Shown here in pieces: positions 40,526 to 49,320 of a DNA stretch of 64,000 nt. The position numbers and the translations under genes were made by a program. This DNA comes from Lachnospiraceae bacterium (GTDB lineage Bacteria > Bacillota > Clostridia > Lachnospirales > Lachnospiraceae), in the NCBI GenBank assembly GCA_900757195.1, contig CAAEMZ010000033.1, positions 51,678 through 115,677 on the forward strand, read 5' to 3'. The notes under the pieces are model-generated. The model saw nothing but the letters and a program-made list of their open reading frames with translations. It searched no databases and was not told the origin of the DNA. How positions within the stretch are numbered: the first letter of the stretch is position 1; every line of letters begins with the position of its first letter.

Positions 40526-41830
40526 ATGAGTTTATTTGGTATTATCTTTGGATTGGCCCTTTTAATCTTCCTTGCTTTCAAAGGACAGTCCATTCTTTGG
40601 GTTGCACCTGTGTGTGCAGCAGTTGTAGCACTCTTTGGTATGTTTGAAGATCCTTCAATCAACATCTTAACCATGTATACAGAAAACTACATGGTAGGTA
40701 TGTCCGGATTCGTAAAATCCTGGTTACCAGCGTTCATGCTCGGTGCTATTTTTGGTAAATTAATGGAAATCACCGGCGCTGCTAAATCTGTAGGTGTTAT
40801 GCTTACAAAATTAATCGGCGCTAAACAGGCAATCTTAGCAGTAGTTATCGCCTGTGGTGCTCTGACATACGGCGGTATCTCTCTGTTCGTAGTAGTATTC
40901 GCTATTTATCCACTGGCAGTAGCTCTTTACAGAGAAGCTGATATCCCGAACAAACTGATTCCTGGTGCTATTTCCCTGGGTGCTTTCACATTCACGATGA
41001 CAGCAATCCCTGGTACACCACAGATTCAGAACATCATCCCGACACAGTACTACGGAACAACAGCTATGGCTGCGCCTGTCATGGGTATTGTTGCCGCTTT
41101 AGTTATGTTCGTACTCGGTGTTTTATGGATGAAGATGAGAGAAAAATCTGAAAAAGCAAAAGGTTTACACTTTGTAGAACCATCCAATATTGAAAAATAT
41201 GATGAAAGCAATCTGCCAAACCCAATTGTTTCTCTGATTCCTCTGATTTCCGTTCCTGTTACAATGAACGCATTAAAAGTGCCTCTGGTTGGCGCTCTGT
41301 TAATCGCTGTTGTATTAACAATGATTCTGAACTTCAAGAACTATGCAGTATTCACAAAATGTATCAACGATGGTGCAAACGGTGGTCTTATGTCTATCGG
41401 TAACACCGCAGCCGCTGTAGGTTTCGGTTCTGTAGTTAAAGCCGTTCCTGGTTTTGCTACACTGACAAGCATCCTTCTTGGTATCCCTGGAAACCCACTG
41501 ATTTCCGAAGCTGTTGCAGTATCCTGTCTGGCAGGTGCTACAGGTTCCGCTTCCGGTGGTATGGGTATTGCTCTTGAAGCATTAGGACCAAAATACATGG
41601 AACTTGCTGCAAACGACCCGAACTTAACACCAGAAGCTCTCCACAGAGTTGCATCCGTTGCATCCGGTGGTCTGGATACTCTGCCACATAACGGTGCTGT
41701 ATTAACTCTGTTAAGTGTTTGTGGTCTGACTCATAAAGATTCCTACCTGGATATCTGTATGAACTGCTGTATCATCCCTACACTTGCTGTAATCGTATGT
41801 ATCATCATGGCAGTTATCGGTATTCTGTAA
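40526..41830 (+). CDS. GntP-family organic acid permease
   Basis: Many TM helices; LTYGGISLFVVVF, PGTPQIQN, TGSASGG, LDTLPHNGA. Confidence 0.85.
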   Translation: MSLFGIIFGLALLIFLAFKGQSILWVAPVCAAVVALFGMFEDPSINILTMYTENYMVGMSGFVKSWLPAFMLGAIFGKLMEITGAAKSVGVMLTKLIGAKQAILAVVIACGALTYGGISLFVVVFAIYPLAVALYREADIPNKLIPGAISLGAFTFTMTAIPGTPQIQNIIPTQYYGTTAMAAPVMGIVAALVMFVLGVLWMKMREKSEKAKGLHFVEPSNIEKYDESNLPNPIVSLIPLISVPVTMNALKVPLVGALLIAVVLTMILNFKNYAVFTKCINDGANGGLMSIGNTAAAVGFGSVVKAVPGFATLTSILLGIPGNPLISEAVAVSCLAGATGSASGGMGIALEALGPKYMELAANDPNLTPEALHRVASVASGGLDTLPHNGAVLTLLSVCGLTHKDSYLDICMNCCIIPTLAVIVCIIMAVIGIL

Positions 41831-41865
41831 TTCTTATTGAGGAATAGAACAAAAGATAATTAAAA

Positions 41866-41904
41866 GGTGCCGCCCTGTAACGATTTCGTTACAGGGCGGC
41901 ATTT
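41866..41904 (+). terminator. Terminator-like hairpin ending the bcd operon
   Basis: tgccgccctgtaacga...tcgttacagggcggca then ttt. Confidence 0.75.
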
Positions 41905-41980
41905 ATGTGTTGATTCCGGGGAAAAAATAAGATATCATATAATTATATATATAATGGCAGCAAGGATAAGGGGTTTTTAA

Positions 41981-43393
41981 ATGAAAGACATAAGCATTAA
42001 AGAAAAATATGAATTTTATGAGGATGTTTTTGACAACATGCCGGATGCACTTTATGTATTGGATGATAAGGGAAATATGATTTATGTCAACTATGCGATG
42101 ATTAAAAAGTTTGACATTCCAAGGGACGAATTACTTCGGTACAATGTTTTTGATATGTATGATGACGGACTGATCGACTACGTCATTTCCAAAAATGTCT
42201 ATGAACAGAAAAAAGAAGTCGTTATGTGCCAGAAGATTTTCAACAGTCATGGGAAAGAGCTGATGCAGATGGTATCCCAGATGCCGATACTGAATGATAA
42301 AGGGGATATTCAGTATATTATCGGTGTTATGCGGGATATGGAGGAACTGATCGGCTATTATTATGACGCTTTGAATAAATACCAGACGGTAAAGGATATC
42401 GGAAGCAAACGTTCGGATGACAATAAACTTCTGGTTTATAACAGCCCTCAGATGTCGGACTTAATCCGTATTTTAAATAATGTGGCGCCGACAGATGCGA
42501 ATATTCTGGTTCAGGGAGAATCGGGAACCGGAAAAGAAGTTCTGGCGGAGTATATCCATCAGATGAGCGAACGGCGTGATAAAGAGATGGTCCGTATTAA
42601 CTGTGCGGCTTTTCCGGAAACTCTTCTGGAATCGGAGCTCTTTGGTTATGAAAAAGGTTCCTTTACCGGGGCTTTGGGCAGCGGTAAAAAGGGGCTGATC
42701 GAAACGGCCGACGGATCGACCCTGTTTTTGGATGAGATCAATTCCCTGCCGCTGGCGCTCCAGGGAAAAATTCTTCGGACCATTGAAACAAAGATGGTGC
42801 AGCGCATCGGCTCCGACCGGCCGAAAAAGATTGATTTTCGTTTGATTGCGGCAACGAATGAAGATTTGAGCGAATGTATTAAAAAGAAAACCTTCCGGGC
42901 GGACTTATACTATCGTTTGAATGTTATTCCGGCGATCATCCCGCCGCTCAGGGACCGGCCGAGTGATATCGAGCCGCTGATCGAATATTTCTTAAATAAA
43001 TATTGTAAAAAATATGGCAAAGAAAAAACATTTGGACCGGAGGCCATGAACGTCCTGAAAAATTATTCCTGGCCGGGAAATGTCCGAGAATTGAAAAATT
43101 TTGTCGAGCGGATTGTTTTAATCAGCGCTTCATCGGTATATTGCATTAAGAGTATTCCGCCGCAGATGCTGAATGGTCAGCTTCTGAGTCCATCATCTTC
43201 CGGCAATGGCGGAAATTCCGGATGCCAGTTTGATATCCGGATGAGTCTGGAGGAGAATCTGAACGCTTTTGAAAAGCAGATTATTGAATCCGTTGTTCAG
43301 CAGTATGGAAGCGGCAAGAGCGCGGCAGAGGTGCTTCGGGTAAACCAGTCAACGATTTCAAGAAAGATGGCGAAGTACAATATAAGTATTTAA
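41981..43393 (+). CDS. sigma54-dependent transcriptional activator (PAS-AAA+-HTH)
   Basis: N-terminal PAS-like region, GESGTGKE, ESELFGYEKGSFTGA, LFLDEI, WPGNVRELKN, C-terminal HTH. Confidence 0.93.
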   Translation: MKDISIKEKYEFYEDVFDNMPDALYVLDDKGNMIYVNYAMIKKFDIPRDELLRYNVFDMYDDGLIDYVISKNVYEQKKEVVMCQKIFNSHGKELMQMVSQMPILNDKGDIQYIIGVMRDMEELIGYYYDALNKYQTVKDIGSKRSDDNKLLVYNSPQMSDLIRILNNVAPTDANILVQGESGTGKEVLAEYIHQMSERRDKEMVRINCAAFPETLLESELFGYEKGSFTGALGSGKKGLIETADGSTLFLDEINSLPLALQGKILRTIETKMVQRIGSDRPKKIDFRLIAATNEDLSECIKKKTFRADLYYRLNVIPAIIPPLRDRPSDIEPLIEYFLNKYCKKYGKEKTFGPEAMNVLKNYSWPGNVRELKNFVERIVLISASSVYCIKSIPPQMLNGQLLSPSSSGNGGNSGCQFDIRMSLEENLNAFEKQIIESVVQQYGSGKSAAEVLRVNQSTISRKMAKYNISI

Positions 43394-43439
43394 TCATACA
43401 CTTACTTTAAAAACACATTTCGGAATGAACAAATAGCAT

Positions 43440-43527
43440 AAAAGAGCCTTAACAGATGGTTTATTACTGTGAATCGCTGCAAATCACTTCGTGTGCAGCT
43501 TTCACAGTCATCTGTTAAGGCTCTTTT
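43440..43527. repeat. 88-bp nested palindrome between convergent genes
   Basis: 19-bp perfect arms aaaagagccttaacagatg/catctgttaaggctctttt; inner stems actgtgaa/ttcacagt, gctgca/tgcagc, cac-ttc-gtg. Confidence 0.8.
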
Positions 43528-43640
43528 GTTATGTGTAACATCCCTGCATTATTATTTTTAAAGTAAGCGTATGATTATTTTTTTGAGGGTGGGGCCCGGA
43601 AGGCTGCGGACACAGGCCTATGGGTGCTAAAAAGGTTTGG

Positions 43641-44084
43641 CTATAGTTCCTGTAGACCTCTTGGTTCTACCGGGGTGGAGAATACGACCTGTGTGCTTGT
43701 TTTACCATAAGATTGAAGTCTTCCGACAAAGGCATCGAGTTCTTCGGTCTCCGGAAAGGCGGCTTTGATGAGCATGGAGTATTCGCCGGAAACCCGGTGG
43801 CACTCGAGAACATTTGGAAAGCTGCGGATACAGTCGTAGAATTCGTGGCGCTTTGAAGGCGGCACCTCAAGATTAATGAAGGCTGTGATGTGGTAGCCGA
43901 GTTTTATACGATTCACCTGAGCGGTATATCCGGTAATAATGCCTTCTTTTTCCAGCCGGGCAATGCGGGCGGAAACCGAAGGGGAAGATAAGAAAACCGT
44001 TTGAGCCAGAACCTTTAATGGGGTGCGGGCATTTTTCTGAAGCATTTCAATTAATTGTATATCAATTTCATCTAATTTTTCCAT
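43641..44084 (-). CDS. Lrp/AsnC-family regulator
   Basis: LDEIDIQLIEMLQKNARTP, RIARLEKEGIITGY, ECHRVSGEY; ATG 44084 after AGGAG. Confidence 0.92.
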   Translation of the reverse strand: MEKLDEIDIQLIEMLQKNARTPLKVLAQTVFLSSPSVSARIARLEKEGIITGYTAQVNRIKLGYHITAFINLEVPPSKRHEFYDCIRSFPNVLECHRVSGEYSMLIKAAFPETEELDAFVGRLQSYGKTSTQVVFSTPVEPRGLQEL

Positions 44085-44185
44085 AACAGACTCCTGCAGT
44101 GTGTTTGTAAATATTATACGTTTGGATATCTCCGATGTCAATAATACAAACGCACATGTAAGGCGGAGGACATTTTTTCAATGGA

Positions 44186-44377
44186 TTAGTCCCAGTTTAT
44201 TGCATTATGAGAAATGGTTCCATTTTTAGAAATGCTGATGTCTGCATGTTTAATGGCTTCCAGTTCATCTGGTAAAGGTTGTTCTTCCGGGATAAAACGG
44301 ATAAGAAATTTGTAAATGGTTTCGGTATCTTTTTCGTCAATTAAATCAATCAGGCTTTTTAAGACTTCTTTGTTCAT
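44186..44377 (-). CDS. Small acidic protein (63 aa), probable antitoxin
   Basis: GGAGG RBS; LPDELEAI...ISHNAINWD resembles antitoxins paired with RelE/ParE toxins; directly downstream of a RelE remnant. Confidence 0.6.
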   Translation of the reverse strand: MNKEVLKSLIDLIDEKDTETIYKFLIRFIPEEQPLPDELEAIKHADISISKNGTISHNAINWD

Positions 44378-44389
44378 AATCAAAACCTC

Positions 44390-44533
44390 CTATAGACGTT
44401 TGTATATTTGTCCTCTGGGTGCAATGTCTTTGATAATCATTATATCATTTTGTATGGAAAATAGTACCCGTAAATTGCCAATTCGTAGTCGATAGGTATT
44501 AGGAATACCCTGAAGTTTTGTGATATCTCCATT
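44390..44533 (-). pseudogene. C-terminal remnant of a RelE/ParE-family toxin
   Basis: Manual translation NGDITKLQGIPNTYRLRIGNLRVLFSIQNDIMIIKDIAPRGQIYKRL*; in-frame TAA immediately upstream, no N-terminal half. Confidence 0.75.
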
Positions 44534-44816
44534 TTAATGTTCTGTACGGAGTATGGCAATTACAATCTTTCGACAAAAACAACACTATTTTGAGGATAAC
44601 GTAAATGAACATTTTGAAGATACCTGTCTGCACCTAAAAAAGTAAATACCAGGGCCGTTGAATTTTAAAAATATAAGGCTGAACGTTAAAAAAGTTTGAA
44701 TTGTTTGTAATTGTCCGGGACATATTTACAGGGGATTCTTTGTGTGTTACCCTCCAATTAAATAGAAAATATTCGGTCAAATCAGATAAAGGACATGACC
44801 AAAGGAGCGGGGAAAT

Positions 44817-46208
44817 ATGAGAAGAGAATCAGATTCTATCGGTATGATGGAGGTACCGGAAAAGGCTTATTACGGCGTTCAGACATTAAGGGCGAAGATG
44901 AATTTCTGTATTACGGGAAAGCGGCTGCATCCGTTGTTTATCCGGAATATGGCGAAGATAAAAAAGGCTGCGGCAAAGACCAATTATATGGCGGGCGATT
45001 TGGATGCGGTCCGGATGGGAGCGATATGTAAGGCCTGTGATGAAATTATTCAGGGTCAGTGGGCGGATGAATTTATTGTGGATCCGATTCAGGGCGGCGC
45101 AGGGACCTCGGCAAATATGAATGCGAATGAAGTGATTGCAAACCGGGCCAATGAGCTTCTGGGTGGAAAGCTCGGTGTGTATGACCGTGTACATCCGAAT
45201 GATGATGTAAACCGGGCCCAGTCCACGAATGATGTCATTCCGACGGCCGGAAAACTGACGGTTCTGGATCTGATTCCGGGCGTTCTGGCGGAACTGAGCC
45301 GTCTGGAGGAAGCTTTGGAGGACAAGGCGGTGGAATTTGCCCATATACTGAAAATGGGACGGACTCAGATGCAGGATGCGGTACCGATGACCCTGGGGCA
45401 GTCGTTTCATGCCTATGCCAGCGTTGTGAATCGGGATATCCGTAGAATCCGAAGGGTTTCCGGAGAACTTTACAGTGTGAATATGGGAGGAACAGCCATC
45501 GGCAGTGCAATCAATGTAAGTCCGATGTATCTGAGCCATATCGTGGGAAATCTGGCAGAACTGAGCGGCTATCCGCTGAAACAGGCGGAGGATCTGTTTG
45601 ACGGGACCCAGAATCTGGACGGCTTCGTTCAGGTATCGAATACACTGAAGACCTGTGCTGTCAATCTGTCCAAAATGTGTAATGATCTGAGGCTGCTTTC
45701 CAGCGGACCGAAGACCGGATTTTCGGAGATCAATCTTCCGGCCATGCAGAACGGTTCGTCCATTATGCCGGGAAAGGTGAATCCGGTCATTCCGGAAGTC
45801 GTGACCCAGGTGGCGTACCATATTATCGGCCATGATTGTACGATTACCATGGCTGCCGAAGCGGGTCAGCTCGAACTGAATGCTTTCGAGCCGGTACTCT
45901 TTTATAATCTGTTTGAATCGCTGGATACGCTGACGGGGGCGGTAAAAACACTGGTGGATCACTGTATCTGTGGAATTACGGCCAATGAAAAACACTGCCG
46001 GGAGCTGGTGGAATCCAGTGTCGGCATTGTTACGGCGCTCTGTCCGTATATCGGATATAAGAAAGCGGCAGATATTGCCAAGGAAGCCCTGAAAACGGGA
46101 ACAACGGTAGAAAAGCTGGTGCTTGAACACGGCCTGATGAATAAAAAAGAAATGGAAGAGGTACTGAATCCGCAGAAGATGACGGGAAATCAGGAGTTTG
46201 CGGTATAG
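44817..46208 (+). CDS. aspA: Aspartate ammonia-lyase
   Basis: YYGVQTLRA, QGGAGTSANMNANE, HPNDDVN, QSTND, GSSIMPGKVNPVIPE. Confidence 0.93.
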   Translation: MRRESDSIGMMEVPEKAYYGVQTLRAKMNFCITGKRLHPLFIRNMAKIKKAAAKTNYMAGDLDAVRMGAICKACDEIIQGQWADEFIVDPIQGGAGTSANMNANEVIANRANELLGGKLGVYDRVHPNDDVNRAQSTNDVIPTAGKLTVLDLIPGVLAELSRLEEALEDKAVEFAHILKMGRTQMQDAVPMTLGQSFHAYASVVNRDIRRIRRVSGELYSVNMGGTAIGSAINVSPMYLSHIVGNLAELSGYPLKQAEDLFDGTQNLDGFVQVSNTLKTCAVNLSKMCNDLRLLSSGPKTGFSEINLPAMQNGSSIMPGKVNPVIPEVVTQVAYHIIGHDCTITMAAEAGQLELNAFEPVLFYNLFESLDTLTGAVKTLVDHCICGITANEKHCRELVESSVGIVTALCPYIGYKKAADIAKEALKTGTTVEKLVLEHGLMNKKEMEEVLNPQKMTGNQEFAV

Positions 46209-46227
46209 ACCTGTTTCAGTGATATGG

Positions 46228-46370
46228 ATACCTTATCGCGCGGAGCCTGACGGAGCGCGCCCATGCGAAGCATTAAGATACGGTGTGCCCTGTGGGTATA
46301 CCTTATCGCGCGGAGCCTGACGGAGCGCGCCCATGCGAAGCATTGAGATGCGGTATGCCCTGTGGGGATA
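46228..46370. repeat. Two tandem 70-bp units of the dispersed repeat family
   Basis: 46228-46297 and 46298-46367 differ at 4 positions; reverse complement matches 13656-13780. Confidence 0.92.
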
Positions 46371-46376
46371 AAAAAG

Positions 46377-46439
46377 AAGCGGCATAGTCATTTGACTATG
46401 CCGCTTTGAAGTAAAACTTCAAAAGAGGGGAAGTTTTAC
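46377..46439. terminator. Terminator hairpins between convergent aspA and MaoC genes
   Basis: aagcggcatagtca/tgactatgccgctt and gtaaaacttc/gaagttttac. Confidence 0.75.
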
Positions 46440-46464
46440 CTACAGCCCTTTGAATAACCCAAAC

Positions 46465-46881
46465 CTACTTAGGAGGCATTACCATAGCTTCGCCTTTTGT
46501 AACGACGGTTCCGTCCTGGTTTGTACAGATGGTTTCGATTTTAACTCTGTTCTTTTCAGGAATCATTTCAACAACTTTACCGGTTGCTGTAATGGTATCA
46601 CCGATACGAACCGGTGCAAGGAAGTTCAGAGTCTGGCTTAAATAGATGGTTCCTGGTCCTGGCATATGTACGCCGAGTACAGCGGAAATTAAACCTGCAG
46701 AAATCATACCGTGAGCGATTCTTCCTTTGAAGAATGTATTTTTTGCATATTCTTCATTGAAATGTGCCGGATTGACATCGCCGGAAACAGCGCCAAATAA
46801 TAAAACGTCTGCTTCTGTGATTGTTTTTGTCCAGGTAGCTTCCTGACCGATGGATAATTCATTAATTGTAAAACCTTTCAT
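46465..46881 (-). CDS. MaoC/PhaJ-like (R)-specific enoyl-CoA hydratase
   Basis: FGAVSGDVNPAH hydratase-2 motif, GRIAHGM, PGPGTIYLSQTLNFLAPVRIGD. Confidence 0.9.
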   Translation of the reverse strand: MKGFTINELSIGQEATWTKTITEADVLLFGAVSGDVNPAHFNEEYAKNTFFKGRIAHGMISAGLISAVLGVHMPGPGTIYLSQTLNFLAPVRIGDTITATGKVVEMIPEKNRVKIETICTNQDGTVVTKGEAMVMPPK

Positions 46882-46927
46882 GAGTAAAGCCCTCCTTATA
46901 GTTCATTTTTATTTAACCTTTTATACC

Positions 46928-46942
46928 GCAATTCACATGCCA
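46928..46942 (-). promoter_or_regulatory. sigma54 promoter of the MaoC gene
   Basis: Minus strand TGGCATGTGAATTGC (-24/-12). Confidence 0.85.
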
Positions 46943-47005
46943 ACTTTTTGTTAAAAAAAAGACAGTGAAAATGAGGGTTTCCGGAAAATGTGTCGGAAAT
47001 ATTCA

Positions 47006-47037
47006 ATGCGCTTCCGCATTTTAATGCAAAAATGCAT
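47006..47037 (-). promoter_or_regulatory. Tandem upstream activator sites for MaoC
   Basis: Plus-strand palindromes ATGCGCTTCCGCAT (47006-47019) and ATGCAAAAATGCAT (47024-47037), 18-bp period. Confidence 0.72.
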
Positions 47038-47113
47038 TTTAAAGGAAAAGTACTTGCGTCATTGGAGTAAAGTAACTATAATAGGAAAGAAAAACATTAA
47101 GGAGTATATGAGT

Positions 47114-48136
47114 ATGGCAGAAACAATGAGCCCGTTATGGGTACCGGAGGGTTATGAATCGCCTCTGGATATTCGGGAAACAGAAATTGCGATTAAATGT
47201 GTAAAAGACTTTTTTGAAAAAGAGCTGGCCAGACAGTTAAATCTGACCCGGGTTTCGGCTCCTTTTTTCGTATATCCTGAAAGTGGTTTAAACGATACAT
47301 TAAACGGCGTGGAACGTCCGGTACGCTTTGGAATCCGGGAACAGGAAGACAGAGAGGTGGAAATCGTCCATTCTCTGGCGAAATGGAAACGTTTTGCTTT
47401 GAAACACTACGGATTTAAACAGGGTGAAGGCTTATATACCGATATGTATGCGATTCGCCGGGATGAAGATACCGACCAGCTTCATTCGCTGCTTGTGGAC
47501 CAGTGGGACTGGGAGCGGATTATTGACAAATCGGAACGAAATGAAGAAACTCTGAAGGCTGTTGTCCGGAAAGTATACAAAGCCCTGAAAAATACAGAGA
47601 AATATATGGCAATCCAGTATGAATACATCGAAGAGATTCTTCCGGCAGAGATTTCTTTTGTTACGACACAGGAACTGGAGGATATGTATCCGGAAATGAC
47701 AGCGAAGGAACGGGAACGGGAGATTGCCCGGGAACGGGGCGCGGTTTTTCTTATGAAGATCGGTGGCAAACTGGCTTCCGGAGAACCTCATGACGGCCGG
47801 GCGCCGGACTACGATGACTGGGAGTTAAACGGGGATATTCTCGTATACTATCCGGTACTGGATACGGCTTTTGAGTTATCTTCAATGGGTATCCGTGTGG
47901 ATGAGGCATCCTTAATGCGCCAGCTTGAAGCCCGGGATTGTGTGGAAAGAAAGAATCTCACTTTCCATAAAGCGCTGCTGAACGGTGAACTGCCGTATAC
48001 GATCGGCGGCGGTATCGGTCAGGCGCGCATTTGTATGTTTTATTTGAGAAAGGCGCATATCGGCGAAGTGATCGCTTCGGTATGGCCGGATGACGTTGTT
48101 CAGACGATGGAAGAAAAAGGCGTTCATTTTCTTTAA
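47114..48136 (+). CDS. asnA: Aspartate--ammonia ligase
   Basis: SGLND, HSLAKWKR, AIRRDE, VDQWDWE, HDGRAPDYDDW, TIGGGIGQ; TTGCGT-17-TATAAT promoter at 47054-47082. Confidence 0.95.
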   Translation: MAETMSPLWVPEGYESPLDIRETEIAIKCVKDFFEKELARQLNLTRVSAPFFVYPESGLNDTLNGVERPVRFGIREQEDREVEIVHSLAKWKRFALKHYGFKQGEGLYTDMYAIRRDEDTDQLHSLLVDQWDWERIIDKSERNEETLKAVVRKVYKALKNTEKYMAIQYEYIEEILPAEISFVTTQELEDMYPEMTAKEREREIARERGAVFLMKIGGKLASGEPHDGRAPDYDDWELNGDILVYYPVLDTAFELSSMGIRVDEASLMRQLEARDCVERKNLTFHKALLNGELPYTIGGGIGQARICMFYLRKAHIGEVIASVWPDDVVQTMEEKGVHFL

Positions 48137-48150
48137 GGAATAGCCCTGAA

Positions 48151-48200
48151 CCCTCCCACATATGTTAAATAGAAACTGTCTTTTAACATATCTGGGAGGG
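48151..48200 (+). promoter_or_regulatory. Hairpin sequestering the Shine-Dalgarno of the CotS-like gene
   Basis: ccctcccacatatgttaaa / tttaacatatctgggaggg (18 of 19 paired); right arm holds GGGAGG before TTG 48208. Confidence 0.7.
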
Positions 48201-48207
48201 ATTTCTT

Positions 48208-49233
48208 TTGGAAGAAAAAATCAGAGAGCTGTTAGAAAACTATCATCTGGAAATCCGGCGTCTGTATCGGGGGCGGGGTGCGTGGCTGTGTGAGACAGAC
48301 AGGGGACTGAAGCTGTTTCGGGTGTATGAGGGTTCACCTCAGCGCCTGAAGTGGGAAGCGATGGTGAAGGAGTGTCTCATGGAACGAGGCTATACTTACA
48401 TAGACCGCTTTGCTGCCAATAAAGACGGAAGCTATCTGACGGCGGATGAGGAAGGGCAGAATTATGTAATGACGGACTGGTACAGCGGGCGGGAGTGCAG
48501 CACGAGGGACCGGGAAGAAATTTTAAGGGCGACGGCCCATATGGCCTGGATGCATAAGGGGATGCATGATATTTCAAGGGACGGGGAGATCGATCAGGTT
48601 TACGGTCAGGGCAATGTACTGGATGAAATGGCGCGGCGCCACAGGGAATTAAAAACTATCCGGAATTATATTTTAAAGAAAAAACAGAAAAATGCCTTTG
48701 ACAGGAAATTTATGGAGGCCTATCCGGACTTTGAAGATTCGGGAAGAAAGGCGCTTCTTCTTTTGGAGGATGCCGGGTATAAAGCGCTTTATGAAAAAAA
48801 CCGCCGTGAACAGCGGCTGTGCCACGGGGACTATACGCAGCATAATATTCTTATTTCCGGAGAGAAGCTGGCCCTGGTCCGGTTTGACAAGATGCATATG
48901 GAGCTTCAGGTCTATGATTTATATGTGTTTATGCGGAAAATACTTGAGAAAAACCGGTGGAACCGGGGGCTCGGTATGGCGATGCTTCAGACCTATGATG
49001 AAGTTTTTCCTTTCAGCCGGTGTCAGGTCCGGTGCCTTTACGGGATGCTGGTCTTTCCGGAAAAATTCTGGAAAATTGCCAATCGCTACCAGAATACGCG
49101 GAAAAGCTGGATGTCCGCCCAGAATATGGATAAGCTGAACAAATTAATCCGGGAGAAGGGCGAAAGGCAGCTTTTTTTGTCAAAGATGGAAGAATACTGC
49201 GGTAAATTCAAAGATTTGTCTAAAAATTCTTGA
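48208..49233 (+). CDS. CotS/YutH-family spore coat protein (kinase-like fold)
   Basis: ETDRGLKL, LCHGDYTQHN, QVYDLYVFMRK, FPEKFWKIANRY. Confidence 0.85.
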   Translation: MEEKIRELLENYHLEIRRLYRGRGAWLCETDRGLKLFRVYEGSPQRLKWEAMVKECLMERGYTYIDRFAANKDGSYLTADEEGQNYVMTDWYSGRECSTRDREEILRATAHMAWMHKGMHDISRDGEIDQVYGQGNVLDEMARRHRELKTIRNYILKKKQKNAFDRKFMEAYPDFEDSGRKALLLLEDAGYKALYEKNRREQRLCHGDYTQHNILISGEKLALVRFDKMHMELQVYDLYVFMRKILEKNRWNRGLGMAMLQTYDEVFPFSRCQVRCLYGMLVFPEKFWKIANRYQNTRKSWMSAQNMDKLNKLIREKGERQLFLSKMEEYCGKFKDLSKNS

Positions 49234-49320
49234 GAAAAAATGAAAAAATAATGCATTTTCGATGAAAATCAGTTATAATAAAAGAACAAATAATTTTATT
49301 GTTTTAAGGGGGAGATTCCG

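Noticed and set aside
44886..46130. 414-aa antisense ORF over aspA (also 54485-55654, 58366-59313, 62373-63452)
   Set aside because: Mirror frames of conserved genes with no family signature.
46228..46370. CRISPR array interpretation of the 70-bp repeats
   Set aside because: Units repeat end to end without unique spacers; no cas genes in the window.
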